Shown piece after piece: positions 37,859 to 45,665 of a DNA stretch of 64,000 nt. Under the pieces are notes generated by a model that was not told the origin of the DNA, did no database searches, and worked only from the letters and a program-made list of their open reading frames with translations. This DNA is from a virus. The first letter of the stretch is position 1. Each line of letters starts with the position of its first letter. The position numbers were made by a program, and so were the translations under genes. Location of the stretch: IMG/VR virus record IMGVR_UViG_3300035698_006513, one strand, 5' to 3'.

Positions 37859-38301
37859 GAAAAGACTCAAAAGATGCTCAAAGAATTATCCACGCGTACA
37901 GAAAGGTACAAGGGGAACTTGGTGACCCCGATTACCGAGATGACCATGCGATTCTTTCTGTACGTATGTGGCTGGAGGTGTTAGCGGAGGAGTTCGCAAC
38001 TGCAGGTAAAATTGTCATCCCTGAAATAGGGACGTTAATCTGTGAGCGTGTATCAAGCAAGAGACATTTATATGCGTTCAAACCTAGCAACAACATGCGC
38101 AAGCGCATACAGGAGCAGAGTATGTCGAAAGAAGATCAAGATAACCAAGGTATGACTAAACTTGGTGTGTACACAGGTGAACCAGGTGAAGACAAAACTG
38201 CATCTCCTCGAGGGCGATGTCGTAAGTGCGGGAAAGCATTAGTGTATCAACACGGCCAATACGTGTGCCCGGAACACGGAACCGAGGGGTCAGAGAGATG
38301 A
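37855..38301 (+). CDS. HU/IHF-like DNA-binding protein fused to a C-terminal Zn ribbon
   Basis: KIVIPEIGTL...FKPSNNMRKRI HU signature; CRKC...CPEHG. Confidence 0.65.
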   Translation: MRKDSKDAQRIIHAYRKVQGELGDPDYRDDHAILSVRMWLEVLAEEFATAGKIVIPEIGTLICERVSSKRHLYAFKPSNNMRKRIQEQSMSKEDQDNQGMTKLGVYTGEPGEDKTASPRGRCRKCGKALVYQHGQYVCPEHGTEGSER

Positions 38302-39464
38302 GTAAATTAGAACGCATACGCGAGATGCGTGCAGATATGGGAGAAACCTTACCTAACGTACGTATGACTTCGGCAAGAGATTCACACAATCCACTCATGA
38401 TTAGGTCCCCTGTGGGGATTGCATCAATAGACTTGGCTATAGGTGGTGGGCTGCCTCCCGGTCCTGTTGAGTTCTGTGGACCAGAGAACTCAGGAAAGAA
38501 TGTACTGTGTAATAGTGCTATGGCTATGAATCAGAGTCTGCACGGAGAAAACAGCGCCATCGCACTAATCAGCACAGAAGGTCCTTGGGATATGAATCTG
38601 TCTCGTAAAATGAAGGTGACCATGCCTTACTCCGAATCGGAGATCTGTGCACTGGAGAGCCAAGCTGGTTACGATTTCTCTGATTCAGTCAAAGGAGAGC
38701 TGCAGCAGGAGATGGGTATTGTCGAGTTGGTACGCGCATCTACCGCGGAAGAAATACTAGAGTCTGTGATTAAACTCATCGAAATAGACGAGTTCCAAAT
38801 TATAGTGTTGGACTCTATTGCTGGGCTGCTCACGCATGAGGAAGGTACTCACGCATTGGTAGAGCGTAAAATGCTTTCTATGGAAATACCTCGAGTGATG
38901 GCCAGATTCTTCCGTAGAGCAAATGAAGCCTGGCTGAACGAGCCTCACGGAAGACCAAACCTCACAACACTGATATTTACTAATCAGCTGATGGCTAGAG
39001 TCGGGGGGTTTAGTAACCCCAACTTACCACCGCCTACCCAAACCAAAGGTGGATGGGCTACTAAACACTCGAAGCTGCTTAGCATATCCCTGAAACGAGG
39101 TACCTGGATTAACACAGGGCGGACCAAAATCGGTCACGAAATAAAATGGCAGATTGTTAAAGGCAAAGCAGGCTGTGCGGATGGGGCGGCAGGAGCGTTA
39201 CAGTTCCATACCACCGAGGACAACTTCGGGGTAGATGTGAAAATGGACACGCTGACCGCAGCCCAAACCTGTGGGATAGTTATCCGCAGAGGTGCTTACT
39301 ACGACATACCGTGTGCAGGAATAGAAAACAAGCGTGGAAAAGATTCTGCACTACGCGCACTAGAGCAGTGGGATCCTAATTGGGAAATAAAACTTCAACC
39401 TGAAATAATAAGAGCGAGCGGCCTTCATGTCTACTCAACCTGGTCAGAGGTCCAAGATAGCTAG
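38298..39464 (+). CDS. recA: RecA/UvsX-like recombinase
   Basis: GIASIDLAIGGGLP, GPENSGKN, IVLDSIA, LIFTNQL, GGWATKH; ATGA overlap at 38298. Confidence 0.9.
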   Translation: MSKLERIREMRADMGETLPNVRMTSARDSHNPLMIRSPVGIASIDLAIGGGLPPGPVEFCGPENSGKNVLCNSAMAMNQSLHGENSAIALISTEGPWDMNLSRKMKVTMPYSESEICALESQAGYDFSDSVKGELQQEMGIVELVRASTAEEILESVIKLIEIDEFQIIVLDSIAGLLTHEEGTHALVERKMLSMEIPRVMARFFRRANEAWLNEPHGRPNLTTLIFTNQLMARVGGFSNPNLPPPTQTKGGWATKHSKLLSISLKRGTWINTGRTKIGHEIKWQIVKGKAGCADGAAGALQFHTTEDNFGVDVKMDTLTAAQTCGIVIRRGAYYDIPCAGIENKRGKDSALRALEQWDPNWEIKLQPEIIRASGLHVYSTWSEVQDS

Positions 39465-40665
39465 ACGTCAGGCATTTGACACGGTTGCGCGACTAGGTGG
39501 AGTTGTGCAGCCGGGGTCGGGGAATCAGTGGCATTCCCGAGGTGACGTAAGAATTGAAGATTACATGCTGGTAGAGAACAAGTTTACCGATAACCAGCAC
39601 ATTGTATTAAAGGAGGAGGTGGTACTGAAGATTATGGATGAGTCCTTCGGTTCAGGGAAGGACCACTGGGCGGTGGATTTATGGATACGACCTTTGCAGT
39701 GGAGAGTGGTGGCTGTGTGTTCACATTTTGTGAGTAGAGCTGTGGATGGCGGGTATACACTCCCCTCCGATATACCCCACATGCATATACAAAGGAAACA
39801 AGTCACACTTCGCCCACGCTCACACACAGAGAGCCCATTTATTCACATCACTACAAACTGGGGACAGGACTTAGAGTTTTACCTAGTGAGTATGAAGTAC
39901 ATGGAGAAGATGATGGTAGCAGTTAGAGACCCGGAACTCAGACAACATCTAGGTCAAGCAAAATTACTTTACCGATTCTACGGAGAAGACCTCTCTCGCA
40001 AACCTCGCGAGAGAGCTATCGGAGTTATAGGCGGATCTGACTTAGGGAGCTGCAAACGCAAAACATGGTATCGCCTTACAGGGAATGAGCCTCGATCTCT
40101 GTTCTCTGCGGATACGCAGGTCATATTCCGTATTGGACACGCTGTGCACAAATTCATACAGGATGATTTTACATTCCTGTATGGACCACGTGTGTTTACC
40201 CCAGAAGTAATGACTCGAAGAGATGAGTACTGTTTCCAGGGCGCGTTAGACGGTACGTTTAACTTAGACGGCATAGGTGAGTACTCCCCAGAGGAGTGGG
40301 TAGGTGACGCTACGCTGATAGGACTAGAGCATATGCATATGGCTATTGCCGACGGAGCTAAACTGCTGCTGGAAATAAAGTCATGCTCCACTATACCAAA
40401 CACACCTAATCCAAAACACCTGCTACAGGCCATTGGGTATGGTATGTCCGCAGGTATGACTGACATATGTTTCCTCTACGTACATAAATCTAGCGGACAG
40501 ATCGTAGACTTCGTACGAAAAGTAGACAACCCGTCCGTGCAGCGTACTGTTAACACAGAATTAGCATATATCGTAGGGAAAGCAAATGACGGAACGCCAC
40601 CTCCAAGAGAGCAGACAAGAAACTGCAGAGACTGCGAATACCGATGGGTATGCCAGCCAGAGTAG
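39427..40665 (+). CDS. Double PD-(D/E)xK nuclease: Holliday-resolvase-like domain + Cas4/RecB-like Fe-S exonuclease
   Basis: PGSG...GDV...LVENK; then SCKRK...GHAVH...LDG...LEIKS...LQ...CRDCEYRWVC. Confidence 0.8.
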   Translation: MSTQPGQRSKIARRQAFDTVARLGGVVQPGSGNQWHSRGDVRIEDYMLVENKFTDNQHIVLKEEVVLKIMDESFGSGKDHWAVDLWIRPLQWRVVAVCSHFVSRAVDGGYTLPSDIPHMHIQRKQVTLRPRSHTESPFIHITTNWGQDLEFYLVSMKYMEKMMVAVRDPELRQHLGQAKLLYRFYGEDLSRKPRERAIGVIGGSDLGSCKRKTWYRLTGNEPRSLFSADTQVIFRIGHAVHKFIQDDFTFLYGPRVFTPEVMTRRDEYCFQGALDGTFNLDGIGEYSPEEWVGDATLIGLEHMHMAIADGAKLLLEIKSCSTIPNTPNPKHLLQAIGYGMSAGMTDICFLYVHKSSGQIVDFVRKVDNPSVQRTVNTELAYIVGKANDGTPPPREQTRNCRDCEYRWVCQPE

Positions 40666-41248
40666 CGAGGGCATAGAAAGTGGATTCTTTGGTGCGACTG
40701 TAGCAAGAGTGCATAGTCGATTAGCCGACGACGTAGGATTCTTTGCGCGTATGAATAACTCATACCCCGTACCTGAGAACCCTGGAACACCAGCACTACC
40801 TCCTCCACATCAGCTCCTATCTATGGACCACAGGGTAATACTCGAAAAGGAGATTGAGTACAGTAGGTACCTACGTCACCTATACTCTGTTGTAGCCAGG
40901 CTAAAATCTGACCACAACAACATAAGTGATCGTATGGAAGCAATCATATACGCTGTACGCAAAGATTACCGTGATACGTCTACTAGAGACGACTTGAAAG
41001 AGAAGGTAGAGACTGACTCCCGCGTACTAGATGCAAGACACGCCCTACATGAAATAAAGCGAGAGATGGGTATTGTGGAAGGTGAGATTAAAGGTTCAGA
41101 GCGGGATTATGATACCCTACGCGAATTGTCATTCGTATTCGGTAGAGTTGGTAATTCTGCTCCAGGCCAATCAACCCCGCCACAGTCCGCACACAAACCT
41201 ATGCCTAGTTCCAGCGGCAACCGCAGACCTGCAAGGAGAGGTGGATGA
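40586..41248 (+). CDS. Coiled-coil protein, possibly a UvsY-like recombination mediator (start uncertain)
   Basis: Long helical region; context between nuclease and resolvase genes. Confidence 0.45.
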   Translation: MTERHLQESRQETAETANTDGYASQSSEGIESGFFGATVARVHSRLADDVGFFARMNNSYPVPENPGTPALPPPHQLLSMDHRVILEKEIEYSRYLRHLYSVVARLKSDHNNISDRMEAIIYAVRKDYRDTSTRDDLKEKVETDSRVLDARHALHEIKREMGIVEGEIKGSERDYDTLRELSFVFGRVGNSAPGQSTPPQSAHKPMPSSSGNRRPARRGG

Positions 41249-41865
41249 GTCAGTTACCGGAATTCATCATCAATAGGTATGAACTTTGGAATGCTGTGGT
41301 AGACATTGTGCTTACGGGGGAAGATATACTCCCTCCTAGCATTAACGTCATGTACCAAAACCGTAGGGGAGGTGGTCTAGTTCTTACACCTGTAGGTAAG
41401 GCGTATATCAACAAGATGCGGCAAGTCTTTGCAGAACATTTCATGTTTGAGAAATATCCAAGGTGGGCGTATTACTTTCATATGTTTGTAATAAAGGATA
41501 CGCTGGTCAATGATTCTTTCGTACAAGAGTTCTACCGCGCAAAGAAAGCCTCCAGACCAATGCGTACGCATATGCCGCGTAAGAATAAAAACACAGGTGC
41601 GGTGGAGCAGCGACCAGCATTCACCGATCTGTTAGCTGTAAATGACGCTGACGCTCCGCTAAAAAAAGTACAAGATGTATTCTTCGAGTGCATGGGTGCC
41701 AAGGATCATTGGTCAATTATATCCTCTGCTGCCAAACTACCAAAACCTCCTGGAGGCGAAGTGGGTATGGAATTATACCTAATTCCTCTATCCGCAGAAG
41801 AAGTCAAATACGTGACACAAGTAAATGAGGAGGTAATTAACGCATGGACAACGAAGCCTATTTAA
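41245..41865 (+). CDS. RusA-like Holliday junction resolvase
   Basis: LPPSIN N-terminus and DADAPLKKVQD (DxDNxxKxxxD-like). Confidence 0.7.
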   Translation: MSQLPEFIINRYELWNAVVDIVLTGEDILPPSINVMYQNRRGGGLVLTPVGKAYINKMRQVFAEHFMFEKYPRWAYYFHMFVIKDTLVNDSFVQEFYRAKKASRPMRTHMPRKNKNTGAVEQRPAFTDLLAVNDADAPLKKVQDVFFECMGAKDHWSIISSAAKLPKPPGGEVGMELYLIPLSAEEVKYVTQVNEEVINAWTTKPI

Positions 41866-42146
41866 ACAAATCTGAGCTGGTGCAGCGGTTATTATCCACA
41901 GGAGTACCCGCGCATCGGGGGTTGTCGTACCCAACGTTGCGTGATATGTACGCTGCAGATAGTCAGGGGGACATCGTTGATAGCGAGTACGTTAACCCTG
42001 TAAACGCACTGCGTACAGAAGTAATGGAGTTCATTACACAGTACGCAGATGTTCTGTTGCCTCAGCTAGGATGTGACGGCAACTGTTTCAATCACACGGA
42101 TGCGCAGGTAGTATCCTGCCACCTAAAAGTAAGGAGTGCTAGATAA
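41844..42146 (+). CDS. Hypothetical protein
   Basis: GGAGG RBS; C..C.....C cluster. Confidence 0.65.
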   Translation: MDNEAYLNKSELVQRLLSTGVPAHRGLSYPTLRDMYAADSQGDIVDSEYVNPVNALRTEVMEFITQYADVLLPQLGCDGNCFNHTDAQVVSCHLKVRSAR

Positions 42147-43408
42147 TGGAGTTCACTAATGCAGCGCAATTTCAAGACGTACTGGACGGAATGCCCCGAA
42201 ACCAGGACGGGAGCATCATCAGAGGGTCGGCCCACACGTATATAGTTGGCTTGTGTGGTCGTGCGCCAAAGCGCACGAAGGTCCGAAAATTGGCTATAGC
42301 CTGTGGTATGCCTGGTGCAGACGCAGTGTCAATTCAGGACCACGGACAAATAGCCACATTCATACTAGACAAACTTTTGTCTAGTGAGCCCATTGTAGCC
42401 GCGCCCGCTCCACCCCCACCTCCAGCAGAAGTCCCTCATGAAGAACGACTTCGACTCATTCAACATGTACGTGGTTACGAGCGTACCTTCGTAATAGAAC
42501 GTAAACCCGAAGCATGGTGGGCGTCTGCTACTATTGACGCACTCAATTTGTACAAAGTGGAGATCGAGCAGAACGTAGCTGCAGGCGATACTAACACCTC
42601 CGGATCCGAGGAAGAAGTTAGCGAAATGGTAGTAGCACCTACTCCTACGATGGATACAACACAACCTCAACCTCAGCCAATAATTCCAAACACTCCTATG
42701 CACACTCCTATGCACACTCCTGTATACACAGGTGAGCGTGTAACTACTCCCACCAAACGTGACGAGTGGGATGGTATCATTGCAGACTTGATTGGGGACG
42801 GTGTCTCTCCCACGGTCGCATCCCCCACAGGATTCACATGCCCTCAGTTCTTGTGTGACAAAGACCAAGCCCTCGCATGGAAGCTTTGGGTGATTTCTTG
42901 TATGGACCCCACTCAAACCAAAAAAGTCATGGGGGCACGAGACTTAGTTCAGTTGCTAGGTAGAACCGGATTAGAGTGTGATGGAGTGAATGCTCGTAGC
43001 ACTAAGCCTGTGCTACTAAATCTTCTCCAGACTTACCTACTCGAAAATTCCGCAGGTATATTGGAGTTGGCAGAGACACCTGAGCCCTGTCTGCCTGAAA
43101 ATTCACCTACAGAAGTAATCGAGGAATATTCGCCAATCGAATCCGCATCATCTCATGCAGGTGCTTACGAAGAGCGTAGCGGCACACAGCGGTCAAGTGA
43201 AAACATCGACCCCAACCTCATCACTGGTGAAGAAGCGAGACAGATTCTGTTGAACCAGCAGCAAGTATTCACCAACCAGCTAAAATTATGGGAAAATGTG
43301 TCTAGTATAGATGCCGTATTAGCAGAAATGGCTGTTGGTATGCTGCGCGTGCGCACCGACGAGGAGCCCTTGACATGTGCGTCGATCCTCAAGGCTATGA
43401 AGCAGTAG
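42146..43408 (+). CDS. Hypothetical Pro-rich multidomain protein
   Basis: AAGGAG RBS; 420 aa. Confidence 0.65.
   Translation: MEFTNAAQFQDVLDGMPRNQDGSIIRGSAHTYIVGLCGRAPKRTKVRKLAIACGMPGADAVSIQDHGQIATFILDKLLSSEPIVAAPAPPPPPAEVPHEERLRLIQHVRGYERTFVIERKPEAWWASATIDALNLYKVEIEQNVAAGDTNTSGSEEEVSEMVVAPTPTMDTTQPQPQPIIPNTPMHTPMHTPVYTGERVTTPTKRDEWDGIIADLIGDGVSPTVASPTGFTCPQFLCDKDQALAWKLWVISCMDPTQTKKVMGARDLVQLLGRTGLECDGVNARSTKPVLLNLLQTYLLENSAGILELAETPEPCLPENSPTEVIEEYSPIESASSHAGAYEERSGTQRSSENIDPNLITGEEARQILLNQQQVFTNQLKLWENVSSIDAVLAEMAVGMLRVRTDEEPLTCASILKAMKQ
42690..42721 (+). repeat. 12-bp coding tandem repeat (ACACTCCTATGC x ~2.7; TPMH)
   Basis: Seen directly in the sequence. Confidence 0.75.
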
Positions 43409-43557
43409 AGTTCTTCCCTGAAGTATGCACCCTAGAAGATCTACAGGAGATTGCCATCGAGCTTCTAGGGTGTGACCCCCTATTTCTATTCGCAATGAAT
43501 CGGGATACGCTGTTAGAGCTCTTAGAGCAAAACGCATATTATCCTGACCCCCAGTAG
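43375..43557 (+). CDS. Small acidic hypothetical protein
   Basis: GAGGAG RBS; last ORF before the terminator. Confidence 0.55.
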   Translation: MCVDPQGYEAVEFFPEVCTLEDLQEIAIELLGCDPLFLFAMNRDTLLELLEQNAYYPDPQ

Positions 43558-43560
43558 ACT

Positions 43561-43593
43561 CCCCCTTACGCCGTGTGTGTAAGGGGGTTTTTT
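43561..43593 (+). terminator. Rho-independent terminator ending the replication operon
   Basis: cccccttac / gtaaggggg stem followed by T6. Confidence 0.85.
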
Positions 43594-43613
43594 GTTTGTA
43601 GTAAGGAGATATA

Positions 43614-45431
43614 ATGAGTACCGACCTTAGAGAACGCATCCTCCCCGTAGTGGGAGACAATTTCATCAATAAGAACATCACATTCTTTAATGTAGACATC
43701 ACAGGAAAACTGGCAGATGCAGCATACCGATGCGGCAGCAATCTAACTCTCATGTATGATGAGGCACCAAATGTAAGTAGACATCAGCACACTTACCCTG
43801 ATTATACGGCTGCTGCCGCGTGGATGGAGCGTATCAGTGACCATATGCAAGATAATGCCCCTGACCAGTACATGTGTTTAACCCCCTTCGGCATTACGGA
43901 TAAGTCTTACGAGACTGAGCTGATAGTCGCAGCTGGAAATCCTGCCACCGTCTACGTAGCCCTACATGAAGCCAACAAACTGGGGTGTGGTGCTATTGTA
44001 GGAGTGATGACGGAATCTCACGTCGTGGTGTTTTATCGCAACCCTGACGACCCCAAAGTAAAAGAATACACTCAGACTTTTCTTGATGCGTTGGAGAAGA
44101 CCGACTGTATCCAGCCAGGGGCAAAAAACCTTCGTGTGATGGAGTTGCAAGATGCTTTGGGGTGGTTCATTAAAGCACACATGCTTCGCAACGACGAAGA
44201 GCACAGACCGGAGTGGTTGCATAATCAGCTGAACACCAAAAGAAATCTGCTGATACGAGGTGATGCTACTACTCCATACGCAACCTGGATGAACGAAGTA
44301 ACTTATTGCCGTGACTACGGCAGCGTCAAAAGCTATACCCCACCACTGAAAGACCTAAAGGACAAAGAAGTGTGGGTCATTGGTGCTGGTACAGGGTCTC
44401 TGTTCATCCAAGAAGGAATAAAATTCTTCCGGAAATGGACCGTGATTGATTGCAAACCATTCTCCAAATATAATCCTGTGCGACAAGCTGTCGGGTTCGA
44501 GCATGTAGATAAGGAGGTAAAATCCCACCAGATTATGAAACTCATGCGTGACCGCATCAAGAGTTACACTCACGACACCTCCGAGTGGAGTGAGTGGGAG
44601 TCTGCAGACAAAACCGTGCGCAGATACACATCGACACGGAGTACCGCAGACGAAAGCGGAATCTCTGCCTACGTGCGCGGAGTAATTGCGGAACCCACTT
44701 CACAGCTGGACATGAAACACTTGCTTGATAGATTCGGGGAGCCTGATGTAGTTGTGTTAGCCACTGGAGCAACACAGGGTACCAACCAGATGCTCGCAGA
44801 AGAGCTACGCAGACGAGGAATACCTCATGTAGTGCCTTCGGCACTTCCAGGTGCTCTGTACCATAAGCAGATATTCTGCCTTCCTGAACAAGGTACCCCA
44901 TGCATTTCCTGTCTTCAGGGAACGATGGGTATCGACCGAGTAGGACCAGACCTCCCCAGAGAGGCACGAGAACTGTTCTACGGTGGGTCACAACCTGCGA
45001 CACTGTTTGAGACTTACCCATCCGCCCATGCGCTCCTCAGAGTCACGATAGAAATCCTAACCACACACCACCTACGCTCTCCGTGGTTCAGAGAGCTGGT
45101 AAACAATGAGCACACCTGTCTCTTATGGGGTAATGTGGTCCAAACCAAAGATGGCAAACCTCTGTATGACATAGAGACTTTAGGAGAGTTGGTTGCGTAC
45201 TCTCCTGCGCACATGATTGGGTGGCCAGCCTGTGATACGTGCGGTAGATTGAATGGTGCAGCGAGTGCACAGCCGTGTATGCATTGTGGTGTAGCAGGAA
45301 GAGCTAAAGGTAGTGAATTCTGCTCACCTGGACATGCGACCTTGTACCAAGTCAACATGGCGCGAGCTAAAAAGGAGAGAGAGGCGGCTGTGCAGGAGTC
45401 TATTGAGCCATCGGGACTTATTACCTTATAA
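43614..45431 (+). CDS. ThiF/MoeB/E1-family adenylating enzyme with unknown N-terminal domain and C-terminal Zn finger
   Basis: VWVIGAGTGS Rossmann motif, VIDCK..SKYNPVRQ...K, DVVVLATG, PCISC and CDTC Zn pair; AAGGAG RBS. Confidence 0.8.
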   Translation: MSTDLRERILPVVGDNFINKNITFFNVDITGKLADAAYRCGSNLTLMYDEAPNVSRHQHTYPDYTAAAAWMERISDHMQDNAPDQYMCLTPFGITDKSYETELIVAAGNPATVYVALHEANKLGCGAIVGVMTESHVVVFYRNPDDPKVKEYTQTFLDALEKTDCIQPGAKNLRVMELQDALGWFIKAHMLRNDEEHRPEWLHNQLNTKRNLLIRGDATTPYATWMNEVTYCRDYGSVKSYTPPLKDLKDKEVWVIGAGTGSLFIQEGIKFFRKWTVIDCKPFSKYNPVRQAVGFEHVDKEVKSHQIMKLMRDRIKSYTHDTSEWSEWESADKTVRRYTSTRSTADESGISAYVRGVIAEPTSQLDMKHLLDRFGEPDVVVLATGATQGTNQMLAEELRRRGIPHVVPSALPGALYHKQIFCLPEQGTPCISCLQGTMGIDRVGPDLPREARELFYGGSQPATLFETYPSAHALLRVTIEILTTHHLRSPWFRELVNNEHTCLLWGNVVQTKDGKPLYDIETLGELVAYSPAHMIGWPACDTCGRLNGAASAQPCMHCGVAGRAKGSEFCSPGHATLYQVNMARAKKEREAAVQESIEPSGLITL

Positions 45432-45665
45432 CCTAATACCTTTGTTACGCAGCCCACGCATTATATGCGTAATGACTTTGTCCATAGGTTGAACAATTTG
45501 GCCAGGTACTTGTAAATGCCCTCTGGCAGCAAGTGGTTGTAGCTCATATCCACAATGTACACATGCCCCTTTGGTTCTGTAATCAGACATGGGCATTTTT
45601 TTTGTAGTACTTACTGTACCACAGCCCTTACAGAATACTTGGTCTGGAGATGGTTTGCTGCTCAT
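45426..45665 (-). CDS. Small Zn-ribbon protein
   Basis: CKGC...CVHC; ATGA overlap with the upstream gene. Confidence 0.6.
   Translation of the reverse strand: MSSKPSPDQVFCKGCGTVSTTKKMPMSDYRTKGACVHCGYELQPLAARGHLQVPGQIVQPMDKVITHIMRGLRNKGIRL

Noticed and set aside
39910-40665. Cas4-like domain as evidence of a CRISPR-Cas system
   Set aside because: No repeat-spacer array or other cas genes seen; solo Cas4-like exonucleases are common in phage recombination modules.
32914-40665. Alternative genetic code explaining the in-frame fusions
   Set aside because: Genes end normally at TAA, TAG and TGA with tight coupling, and no sense codon plausibly acts as a stop at the fusion points.
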